DNA of 31,537 bases from a virus (Duplodnaviria; Caudoviricetes): positions 1 to 31,537 of IMG/VR virus record IMGVR_UViG_3300020432_000027. One strand, written 5' to 3'. Both the position numbers and the translations under genes were made by a program. Position 1 is the stretch's first letter. Each line of letters opens with the position of its first letter. Positions 24,133 through 31,537 of the stretch are shown piece after piece. The notes beneath the pieces are model-generated. The model had not been told where the DNA came from. It ran no database searches and saw only the letters and a program-made list of their open reading frames with translations.

Positions 24133-24340
24133 AAAATATCATATTGACTTCACAAGTTTGGTAGTTGATCACAGAACTTATGAGAAACTAAACTCAGATA
24201 AATTTCAATACTCAAATCGTAAAGAGTTTATAAAGAGATTAGTTGATGACGATATTATAGAGATTGTTAACATTGAAGAAGCAGATGAAGATGTCTCTAT
24301 AGATAATTTTAATTTTTATAAATATTTTGGAGAAGAGTGA
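24122..24340 (+). CDS. Acidic early hypothetical protein
   Basis: AAGGAGG RBS. Confidence 0.7.
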   Translation: MMSKKYHIDFTSLVVDHRTYEKLNSDKFQYSNRKEFIKRLVDDDIIEIVNIEEADEDVSIDNFNFYKYFGEE

Positions 24341-24561
24341 TGCTTGAGGCAGTAATAGTAACCATATGGGTTGAGTTAGCTGACGGCACATTGAAGTACA
24401 AAAGACTAGGAACGACCACGGATTGTGAGGGAGTGGCGACAAAACTATTTGAAAAGTACGAGCAAAATTCCAAACGACTAGTCGCCGTCAAATGTGATAC
24501 AGCAGAAAGTTTAAAATTAAAAGAAGAAACATTTAAAGGATTATATCCCTATGATAAATAA
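24337..24561 (+). CDS. Early hypothetical protein
   Basis: GGAG RBS; hydrophobic N-terminus, two Cys. Confidence 0.65.
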   Translation: MMLEAVIVTIWVELADGTLKYKRLGTTTDCEGVATKLFEKYEQNSKRLVAVKCDTAESLKLKEETFKGLYPYDK

Positions 24562-24700
24562 CAAAATAATTATGTATATTGATGACGAGAACTATATTGT
24601 AGAGGCAAATGGCAGGAGAGCAACTACAAGTCAAGGGGTACACATAAAAGTACCCTCAGATTACATCAAACATTTTACACGACTTAAAAATGACAGATAA
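24551..24700 (+). CDS. Small hypothetical protein (49 aa)
   Basis: Below the cutoff; AAGGA RBS; bridges its neighbours. Confidence 0.45.
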   Translation: MINNKIIMYIDDENYIVEANGRRATTSQGVHIKVPSDYIKHFTRLKNDR

Positions 24701-24872
24701 GATTACAAATATTGAGACGATATATTATCTGTTTTTCTCTGGCTTGATGTCTAAATCAAGAGCAAGTCAGCAACTTAAACAACTAAATGCCCCAAACTAC
24801 GAAGAAAGACTTTTGACTCTTGAGGGACATAGAAAGGAAAGAGTAGCCAATGGGCGAAAGCAATTTATATAA
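24690..24872 (+). CDS. Small hypothetical protein
   Basis: In the ORF track; same strand, overlapping neighbours. Confidence 0.55.
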   Translation: MTDKITNIETIYYLFFSGLMSKSRASQQLKQLNAPNYEERLLTLEGHRKERVANGRKQFI

Positions 24873-24975
24873 ATTTTTAAAATTATGTTATGGATATTTT
24901 TGTTTTTTTATAATATATTTTACAGTAGGGCTTTTCGGAGTATCAATATTGAATAGTATTTTTAACTTTATGTGA
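24850..24975 (+). CDS. Small membrane protein (41 aa)
   Basis: Below the cutoff: MGESNLYKFLKLCYGYFCFFIIYFTVGLFGVSILNSIFNFM. Confidence 0.45.
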   Translation: MGESNLYKFLKLCYGYFCFFIIYFTVGLFGVSILNSIFNFM

Positions 24976-25121
24976 TGACTTCGTATATGGATAAATGGAC
25001 GGCGAGAAGAATAAAATTTTTAGATAAAGTCATAGCATTAGACATAAAGCAATTTAAGACACAAAAAGAATATGCAGATAAGGTATTAAAAATGTATGAT
25101 GATATAATGGGTGGCAGATGA
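24975..25121 (+). CDS. Small hypothetical protein (48 aa)
   Basis: Below the cutoff; TGATG coupling upstream and ATGA downstream. Confidence 0.5.
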   Translation: MTSYMDKWTARRIKFLDKVIALDIKQFKTQKEYADKVLKMYDDIMGGR

Positions 25122-25201
25122 CACCACAATGGCTCAGAACTTTGACACTATACTCAGTAATACTCTTGGGTATCGTGTTTTTCCTTATAAGTATAATATA
25201 G
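25118..25201 (+). CDS. Small membrane peptide (27 aa)
   Basis: MTPQWLRTLTLYSVILLGIVFFLISII; ATGA coupling. Confidence 0.4.
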   Translation: MTPQWLRTLTLYSVILLGIVFFLISII

Positions 25202-25241
25202 GTATTACTACAACAATATACTAAAGGTATCCACATAGACT

Positions 25242-25320
25242 CCTATGTATACCTATAAATCCTAAGTACACCTATGTATTCAGCTAGGTATACATATAGA
25301 TACTCATAGATACATATAGT
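25242..25320. repeat. Phased CCTA/ATAG repeats with a 12-bp inverted repeat
   Basis: TATGTATACCTA (25244-25255) / TAGGTATACATA (25285-25296); CCTA at 25242, 25252, 25261, 25271; ATAG at 25296, 25306, 25316. Confidence 0.65.
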
Positions 25321-25361
25321 TCCCCTCGGGAGATAACCCAACCTACCATGCTTTTTTCCTG

Positions 25362-25390
25362 TTGACAACCCCTCCCGTGTATTTTATAGT
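25362..25390 (+). promoter_or_regulatory. Sigma70-type promoter for the replication operon
   Basis: TTGACA-N17-TATAGT. Confidence 0.85.
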
Positions 25391-25428
25391 ACAATTTGGG
25401 AAAAACGAGGTGTGAAAGGGGGAAAAAC

Positions 25429-27072
25429 ATGGAACACCAAACAGACTCTAAATTCATAAAGCACATACCGTGCGACAACTGTGGGTCATCTGACGGTAAC
25501 TCACTATATTCAGACGGACATACTTACTGTTTCGTATGCAACACACATACACCCGGCGACAACCCGGCCCCTGTACCTAAACAGGAACCACCGAAGCCAC
25601 AAACCCTACCGAACGGCATCATTGATGAACTGACAGATCGCCACATATCCAGGGAGACCTGCCAACGATACGGAGTGAAACACAATCGTGTTGACACACA
25701 GATCAGCCGTCACCTCTATCCGTACACCGACAAAAACGGGAATCACATCGGGACTAAAGTCAGAGATACCCAAACCAAGGACTTCAAATATATAGGCGAT
25801 AGCCGTAACAGTATACTTTTTGGGCAGCACATCTTTGCCAAGGGTGGTAAATACATAACTATCTTCGAAGGAGAAGTGGATGCTCTGTCAGGCTACGAGA
25901 TGCTCGGATCACGATGGCCGTGCGTATCCATCAAAAACGGTGCTCAGTCAGCTGTATCAGACTGCCAGAAGAACTTTGAATATATCAACAGCTTTGACAC
26001 GATAGTCCTCTGCTTTGATAACGATGAACCCGGACGTAAAGCATCACAACAGGTTGCCGATCTGTTTCCACCCAACAAAGTCAAAGTCGTAGACCTCCAC
26101 CTCAAAGATGCAAACGAATACATTGCCACCAATAACCGTAAAGGATTCACACAGCTCTGGTGGGAAGCTCGAGACTACACACCGGAGGGTATAATCCTCG
26201 GAGAGTCAACGTGGGACTTGATAGAAAACGAGAAACCACAAGAGTCCTTGCCCTACCCGTGGCGGGGTATGAACGATATGACATACGGTATGAGAAAATC
26301 AGAACTCACCTGTTGGTGTGCCGGCTCGGGTATCGGCAAGTCTAGTGTTATGCGAGAACTAGCCCACCACATTGTAAAGAACACCACAGAATCCGTTGGC
26401 TGTCTATTCTTGGAGGAAAGTGTCCTCCGCACAGCTAAAGGACTAATGTCTGTTGAGGCCAACCTCCCCCTACACCTACCCACAACAACGGCCTCAATGG
26501 ACATTAAAAAAGATGCATGGAATCAAACACTTGGCACCGGTAGAGTCAGATTATGGGATCACTTTGGTGCTACAAACATAGATAATGTCATTAGTAAGAT
26601 ACAATATTTGTCCTCTGGACTAGCATGTAAGTACATAATTGTTGATCATCTGCATATGATTGTCGGTGCTCATGAGGGTAACGATGAACGACGAGCCATA
26701 GATACAATCATGACCAGACTCAGAACTCTCGTGCAAGAACAAGGTATACATCTAATGCTTGTATCTCACCTAAGACGAACACTACCACAAAACAACACAG
26801 CCGAAGAGGGAGGAAGCATATCTCTAGCTGACCTCAGAGGTTCACATGGTATTGCTCAGTTATGTGATATGGTGTTTGCTTTGATACGAAACGGACAAGC
26901 TGATACTGAAGACAAACGAAATTTAACAACGATACGAGTATTGAAAAACAGATTCAGTGGAGAAACCGGGCCATGTTGTTGGTTGAAGTGGGACAAAAAT
27001 ACTGGTAGGATGCAAGAACAAAAACAACCCGAACCAGCAGGAGAGAGTGATACGGATGCCGTCTTCCTTTAA
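25429..27072 (+). CDS. DNA primase-helicase (T7 gp4-like)
   Basis: Zn finger CDNC...CFVC, TOPRIM EGEVDA and FDND, Walker A AGSGIGKS, IVDHL, SHLRR, DLRGS, KNRF; start at MEHQ after GAAAGGGGG. Confidence 0.95.
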   Translation: MEHQTDSKFIKHIPCDNCGSSDGNSLYSDGHTYCFVCNTHTPGDNPAPVPKQEPPKPQTLPNGIIDELTDRHISRETCQRYGVKHNRVDTQISRHLYPYTDKNGNHIGTKVRDTQTKDFKYIGDSRNSILFGQHIFAKGGKYITIFEGEVDALSGYEMLGSRWPCVSIKNGAQSAVSDCQKNFEYINSFDTIVLCFDNDEPGRKASQQVADLFPPNKVKVVDLHLKDANEYIATNNRKGFTQLWWEARDYTPEGIILGESTWDLIENEKPQESLPYPWRGMNDMTYGMRKSELTCWCAGSGIGKSSVMRELAHHIVKNTTESVGCLFLEESVLRTAKGLMSVEANLPLHLPTTTASMDIKKDAWNQTLGTGRVRLWDHFGATNIDNVISKIQYLSSGLACKYIIVDHLHMIVGAHEGNDERRAIDTIMTRLRTLVQEQGIHLMLVSHLRRTLPQNNTAEEGGSISLADLRGSHGIAQLCDMVFALIRNGQADTEDKRNLTTIRVLKNRFSGETGPCCWLKWDKNTGRMQEQKQPEPAGESDTDAVFL

Positions 27073-28741
27073 ATATACAGTATTAGATATAGAAACCGAT
27101 GAGATACCGGTAACAAAGATACATTGTATATGTTGCATGGATTTTGAAACAGGAGAAACAAAAGAGTTTATTGATAACCTTGACGAGTTTGTAGAGTTTC
27201 ATAAACAAGACCCGGAAAGAATATATATTATGCACAACGGTGTCAGTTTTGATGCTATCGTTCTTAGTCGACTATTACAGATTTGTTTACCACCAAAAAG
27301 AGTATGGGATACAATGCTAGCTTCACAGATGATACAACCACACAGAGATGGTGGCCATAGCTTGAAAGCCTGGGGCGAACGATTACAATGTGAGAAGATA
27401 GACTTCAAGGATAACTTTGAAACATACAGCAACGAGATGCTCTACTATTGTCGTCAGGATGTAGCCCTGACTCGTAAACTAGCCCAACATCTACAGCCGT
27501 TGCTCAAACCATTTGGTAAAGCACCGGTGAGACTAGAACATAAAGTCAGACACATAATTACACAGCAAGAACTCAACGGTTTTTACCTTGACCAGAAGAA
27601 AGCATCAATGCTGATGGCTGATCTTGAGGACAACTCCGGTCAGATAAAACAAGACTTACAGAAAATATTTCCACCAATAATAACAGAGAGATACAGTGAC
27701 AAGACCGGTAAACGATTAAAAGATAACGTCGAAGTATTCAATCCAAACTCTCGTCAACAAATAATAAAACGATTGAAAGCTGTGGGGTGGCAGCCCGATC
27801 CTCAACGACTAACCCCAAAAGGACAACCTATAGTGGACGAATCGGTGCTCTCAGAGATTGATTTATCTGAAGCTAAAAAGATGTCAGAGTTTTTATTAAT
27901 GCAGAAAAGAGTATCACAAATAAAATCATGGCTCGAAGCTGTAGGACCAGACAGCCGGGTGCATGGCAGAGTTATAACAATCGGCTGTGTGACACACCGT
28001 ATGAGTCATTATAGTCCTAACATGGCACAGATACCCGCCAGTTATTCTCCGTATGGCCCGGAGTGTAGAGATTGTTGGACAGTAGAAGACCCCGTAAATT
28101 ATTGTCTTGTTGGTTCAGATGCTTCATCACTAGAGATACGATGCTTTGCTCACTACCTTAATAATCAAAAGTATACAGACATTGTTGTTGGTGGTGACAT
28201 TCACAATGTGCACAAAGAAGCTTTGGGTTTAGCTGATCGATCAGTATGTAAAACTTGGTTGTATGCCTACATCTACGGAGCCGGCAATGAAAAGCTAGGC
28301 AAGGTTGTTGGGGGTGGTATGTCTGAGGGCAAACAACTACGAGATAAGTTTGAGTCAGCCTTTCCAATGATAAGAGAACTAAAGAATAAAATTACGGCTA
28401 TGATACGATCCAACCACGGTAACATAAAAGCTATTGATGGCAGACTTTTAGAATGTCGAAGTGAGCACTCAGCTTTAAATGTTTTATTACAAAGCTGTGG
28501 TAGTATTGTATGCAAACATTTTCTTTGTGAGATTGATCGCATGGTCAAAGAGAAAAAGTTAGATGCAAGACCGGTAGCCAATGTGCATGATGAAGTACAG
28601 TGGGAGGTCAAAAGAGATCAAGCCGAAGAGTTCGGTCAGATTACTAAACAAGCTATGAAACAAGCTGAAAAGATTTTACAGTTCAACTGTCCTTTAGATA
28701 GTGAATATCATATTGGGACAACTTGGAAAGAAACTCATTGA
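27047..28741 (+). CDS. DNA polymerase family A with 3'-5' exonuclease (T7 gp5-like)
   Basis: Exo motifs DIET, HNGVSFD, YCRQD; motif A DASSLEIR, motif B R-x3-KTWLYAYIYG, motif C VHDE; start may be ATG 27056. Confidence 0.95.
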   Translation: MIRMPSSFKYTVLDIETDEIPVTKIHCICCMDFETGETKEFIDNLDEFVEFHKQDPERIYIMHNGVSFDAIVLSRLLQICLPPKRVWDTMLASQMIQPHRDGGHSLKAWGERLQCEKIDFKDNFETYSNEMLYYCRQDVALTRKLAQHLQPLLKPFGKAPVRLEHKVRHIITQQELNGFYLDQKKASMLMADLEDNSGQIKQDLQKIFPPIITERYSDKTGKRLKDNVEVFNPNSRQQIIKRLKAVGWQPDPQRLTPKGQPIVDESVLSEIDLSEAKKMSEFLLMQKRVSQIKSWLEAVGPDSRVHGRVITIGCVTHRMSHYSPNMAQIPASYSPYGPECRDCWTVEDPVNYCLVGSDASSLEIRCFAHYLNNQKYTDIVVGGDIHNVHKEALGLADRSVCKTWLYAYIYGAGNEKLGKVVGGGMSEGKQLRDKFESAFPMIRELKNKITAMIRSNHGNIKAIDGRLLECRSEHSALNVLLQSCGSIVCKHFLCEIDRMVKEKKLDARPVANVHDEVQWEVKRDQAEEFGQITKQAMKQAEKILQFNCPLDSEYHIGTTWKETH

Positions 28742-28767
28742 CAACTATTTTTTTATGTGTTAGTGAT
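28738..28767 (+). promoter_or_regulatory. Promoter upstream of ssb
   Basis: TTGACA-N17-TAGTGA(T) with a TG extension; the -35 overlaps the pol stop codon. Confidence 0.6.
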
Positions 28768-28826
28768 AAGACTTAATATTAATAGACTTATATATGGATA
28801 AGTCACAACTTTAAAAGGAGAAATCT

Positions 28827-29342
28827 ATGGCAAATTCGTCAAAGAACGACAGACCAAAGGATGTTATTGTCCAAGGTATCTGTCATTACAATCATTTATT
28901 TGAACCCGACAATACTTTTCCACCACCAAAGTTTAAAATTACTTTGCAAGTGGATGATAAAAATAAAAAGACACTTGAGTCTTTAGGTTTGAATGTAAAG
29001 AGTTCTGATACCAAACCGGAGCTTGGTAATTATATTGAAGTTAAAACAAACTTTTATAAAAAAGATGGAACTGAAAATCCCATTAAGCCGAGAGTGTTTG
29101 ATACGAACAACAGACAACTAACTATTCAGGATGTACCAAACGGCCGTCTTGGTCGTGGTACGGAAGTGTATGTTAAGTTGAATCCATATCCATACACGTC
29201 ACCCACAGGATCAAAGGGAGTTACAGCTATCCTTCGTTCTGTAAAAATAATTAAATTTGTGGCAGACACAAGCTCCGGGGCTGAGGACTTTCCTGAAGTA
29301 AATGCCCCACCGGTGGCTGAAGAATCAGCTACTTTTAATTAG
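28827..29342 (+). CDS. Single-stranded DNA-binding protein (T7 gp2.5 / DUF2815-like)
   Basis: G-x3-Y-x-HLFEP, P-x-VFD, LGRGTEV, GVTAIL-x-SV-x-I; acidic tail with a near-terminal Phe; AAGGAG RBS. Confidence 0.8.
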   Translation: MANSSKNDRPKDVIVQGICHYNHLFEPDNTFPPPKFKITLQVDDKNKKTLESLGLNVKSSDTKPELGNYIEVKTNFYKKDGTENPIKPRVFDTNNRQLTIQDVPNGRLGRGTEVYVKLNPYPYTSPTGSKGVTAILRSVKIIKFVADTSSGAEDFPEVNAPPVAEESATFN

Positions 29343-29350
29343 GAGTTATC

Positions 29351-30199
29351 GTGGCGACTATTGACACGTTAGTACAAGATATTTATCGGTTGTTTGATGC
29401 CGGTGGTGTTGAACCTACAGATGAACAGCTTGAGGCTTTCTCAAAGTCGGTCACGAATTCTATTAGAAATTCTTTCCGGTATAAACCAAACGAGTCACGG
29501 GGACTTCGTATGTCGGCTCTTGGTAAACCGGAAAGACAATCTTGGTATGAATGTCATCGTCCCGATTTACGAGAACATTTAACAGCCGAAACAAAAATAA
29601 AGTTTTTATATGGCCATATACTAGAAGACTTGTTGTTATTGTTTGCTCGTATGGCGGGACATGATGTTACCGAAGAACAAAAAGAATTAGAACTTGATGG
29701 TGTTAAAGGACACAAAGATGCGACTATTGATGGTTGGATATGTGATATTAAAAGTGCCTCAAGCTTTGGATTTAAAAAATTTAAAAGTAATAACTTAACA
29801 AAAGAAAACGATTCTTTTGGTTATCTATATCAAATCAAAGCTTATGGAGAAGCTGAACAAAACGACAAGCTTTGTTTCTTAGCTATTGATAAACAGTTTG
29901 GACATATAGCTGTCTGCACTCCGGATAAAAAAGAACTACCAGATGTAAAAGAAAAGATAGCTAAACTTAAAACCTGCCTTGAGTCAGACACACCGCCGCC
30001 GAGATGTTATCCTGATGAAACTGATGGAGTTACCGGGAACAGGAAGCTAGGTGTAAATTGTTCTTACTGTTCATTTAAAAATGAATGTTGGAGTGACTCT
30101 AACAAAGGTAAAGGATTACGAAAATTTATTTATAGCAATGGCCCTCGTTGGTTAACAACAGTTAAGAACGAACCTAAAGTTCCCGAAGATATTCCCTAA
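29351..30199 (+). CDS. PD-(D/E)XK exonuclease, Cas4-like
   Basis: LRMS-x-LG, GHILE, GHKD-x7-DIKSAS, Q-x3-Y, CSYC-x5-C. Confidence 0.85.
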   Translation: MATIDTLVQDIYRLFDAGGVEPTDEQLEAFSKSVTNSIRNSFRYKPNESRGLRMSALGKPERQSWYECHRPDLREHLTAETKIKFLYGHILEDLLLLFARMAGHDVTEEQKELELDGVKGHKDATIDGWICDIKSASSFGFKKFKSNNLTKENDSFGYLYQIKAYGEAEQNDKLCFLAIDKQFGHIAVCTPDKKELPDVKEKIAKLKTCLESDTPPPRCYPDETDGVTGNRKLGVNCSYCSFKNECWSDSNKGKGLRKFIYSNGPRWLTTVKNEPKVPEDIP

Positions 30200-30690
30200 T
30201 GTTTAGTCGCATAAAGAAAAAAAAGGTAAAAGGAATTATCTTTCGGTCCGTCTTTGAATCAGAAGTTTGTAAGAAACTTATGGACAATAAAGTATTCTTT
30301 GAGTATGAAACCCTGACTATACCTTTTTCAGTCCCAGAATCTTATCATACCTATGTGCCTGATGTCGTATTGGCTAACGGCATAATTATTGAAATTAAGG
30401 GGCAGTTAACACTTGCAAATAGAGATAAACATTTGTATATACAAAGACAACTGCCAGAACTGGATATTCGTTTCGTTTTGCAAAATTCTAAATCAAAACT
30501 TTACAAAGGAAGTAAAACAACTTATGCTCAGTGGTTAAACAAACATAATTTTTTATGGGCAGATAAAACAATACCTCAAGAATGGATAGATGAAGAACCA
30601 AAAGAAGAACCAGACCGACTATTTATCAAAAGAAAAAGCAAGCCGTATAAGTATCGATCCCTCGACCAGTACAGAAAGAGAAAATCATGA
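30199..30690 (+). CDS. Endonuclease I / Holliday junction resolvase (T7 gp3-like)
   Basis: FRSVFE, YE, YVPD, IIIEIKG, LDIRFV, TYAQW, IPQEW. Confidence 0.9.
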   Translation: MFSRIKKKKVKGIIFRSVFESEVCKKLMDNKVFFEYETLTIPFSVPESYHTYVPDVVLANGIIIEIKGQLTLANRDKHLYIQRQLPELDIRFVLQNSKSKLYKGSKTTYAQWLNKHNFLWADKTIPQEWIDEEPKEEPDRLFIKRKSKPYKYRSLDQYRKRKS

Positions 30691-30994
30691 AGGAGAAAAC
30701 GAAAGAACCTTATTCAGAGCCATCATTTATCAAGCACTGCTGGATGCTAGTGCTACCGAAATTACTAGCAAAGAAAACATGGTCATTCAGCAAGATGCTG
30801 TACGATGGTTTACTAAAACTGCTGGGGTTACTGCCTCTTGGTTTGTTGATGTTTGTGATCTTGCTAATCTTAATTATAGCCAAGTTCGTGACTTTGCTGG
30901 TAGACTCATCCGTGAACCTGAAAAGGTTGATTTTGAACGAAAAAGGTTGAATGTGTTGTTAAACATGAGACATGGAGAAGATAATGACAAGTAA
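30590..30994 (+). CDS. Conserved phage hypothetical protein
   Basis: ERTLFRAIIYQALLDA...A-x2-WF...F-x2-VCDLA; exact start uncertain. Confidence 0.65.
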   Translation: MKNQKKNQTDYLSKEKASRISIDPSTSTERENHEGENERTLFRAIIYQALLDASATEITSKENMVIQQDAVRWFTKTAGVTASWFVDVCDLANLNYSQVRDFAGRLIREPEKVDFERKRLNVLLNMRHGEDNDK

Positions 30995-31217
30995 CGATCC
31001 GGTTAACCACCCAGCTCATTACACAGTAAACGAAGGTATAGAGTGTATAGAGGCGATTGAAGCTACTCTTACACCCGAAGAGTTTCGTGGATATTTGCGG
31101 GGACAGGTCATAAAGTATGTTTGGAGATGTAATTATAAAGGCAAACGATTAGAAGATTTAGAAAAAGCTGAGTGGTACTTAAAAAAATACATTAACACAT
31201 TAAAGAAAGGACAATAA
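30984..31217 (+). CDS. DUF3310 (SaV / T7 gp1.7-like) protein
   Basis: DPVNHPAHY...IECIEAI...G-x2-IKYVWR...K...EDLEKAEWYL; start at MTSND after GGAG. Confidence 0.88.
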   Translation: MTSNDPVNHPAHYTVNEGIECIEAIEATLTPEEFRGYLRGQVIKYVWRCNYKGKRLEDLEKAEWYLKKYINTLKKGQ

Positions 31218-31219
31218 TT

Positions 31220-31447
31220 ATGGATCCAATATCTGTGATAGTAGGATTAGCTATGAATTTTTATACATTAAATAACATAGATTTTTTTCAACAACGAGCT
31301 ATTAATGAAAAAACAATGGATTGTGAGTGGGAGTACGTTGGTAAAACTAAAGCTGATCCAGCTAACACCAGCTTAACTGTTTTTGGCAATGTGTTTTTTA
31401 AACATAAATGTGAGAACAAAAAAGATGGTGTTGATACAAAACAATAA
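31220..31447 (+). CDS. Hypothetical protein
   Basis: AAGGA RBS; hydrophobic N-terminus, C-x-W...C. Confidence 0.6.
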   Translation: MDPISVIVGLAMNFYTLNNIDFFQQRAINEKTMDCEWEYVGKTKADPANTSLTVFGNVFFKHKCENKKDGVDTKQ

Positions 31448-31537
31448 GTCTCCTTTTCGAACGACAGAATATAACAAGTGGGACAATCCAGCTAAACAAG
31501 CCGTTAGAAATTTTTTATTAGGGCTTGGTTGTCAGTT
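31425..31537 (+). CDS. Hypothetical protein, N-terminal part (runs off the window edge)
   Basis: MVLIQNNKSPFRTTEYNKWDNPAKQAVRNFLLGLGCQ..., open to the end of the window. Confidence 0.5.
   Translation, partial: MVLIQNNKSPFRTTEYNKWDNPAKQAVRNFLLGLGCQ

Noticed and set aside
22318-28611. Minus-strand ORFs over the early and replication arm (e.g. 22971..23258, 26253..26504, 28273..28611)
   Set aside because: Antisense shadows of coupled plus-strand genes.
30687-30950. 87-aa ORF with ATGA coupling to endonuclease I
   Set aside because: The overlapping frame 30590..30994 carries the recognisable conserved motifs, so this frame is probably incidental. A dual-frame gene is not fully excluded.
1-31537. 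tRNA, rRNA, integrase, introns or inteins
   Set aside because: No cloverleaf, recombinase motif or interruption of terL, pol or helicase was seen by eye; tRNAscan-SE and Infernal were not run.

Overview
The window is a 31.5 kb, AT-rich piece of a tailed dsDNA phage genome. It is probably a podovirus of a marine low-GC proteobacterium, but the host is only inferred. The left arm (1-18768, minus strand) is the late and virion module: terS, terL, an unusually long portal ending in a lysozyme/transglycosylase-like domain, a 2OG-Fe(II) oxygenase / FkbM methyltransferase / sulfotransferase block, GroES, scaffold, capsid decoration protein, major capsid protein, a run of small very basic proteins, two adaptor-type proteins and tail proteins. 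The centre (18769-22100) is a divergent control region with a methyltransferase-DUF2061-methyltransferase operon, several sigma70-type promoter-gene-terminator cassettes and repeats. The right arm (22104-31537, plus strand) holds many small, mostly acidic early ORFs followed by a T7-like replisome: primase-helicase, Tyr762-type PolA, SSB, Cas4-like exonuclease, endonuclease I and DUF3310. No phage RNA polymerase is visible in the window. Three candidate systems stand out. (1) An unannotated ~64-nt small RNA whose predicted 5' end is the exact complement of an 11-nt RBS motif shared by three early genes, accompanied by other anti-Shine-Dalgarno RNA elements. (2) A portal-muralytic enzyme fusion. 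(3) A recurring hydrophobic-x-x-Gly-Gly motif in late proteins that may be a processing or encapsidation signal. All product calls come from motif recognition by eye; no searches were run.
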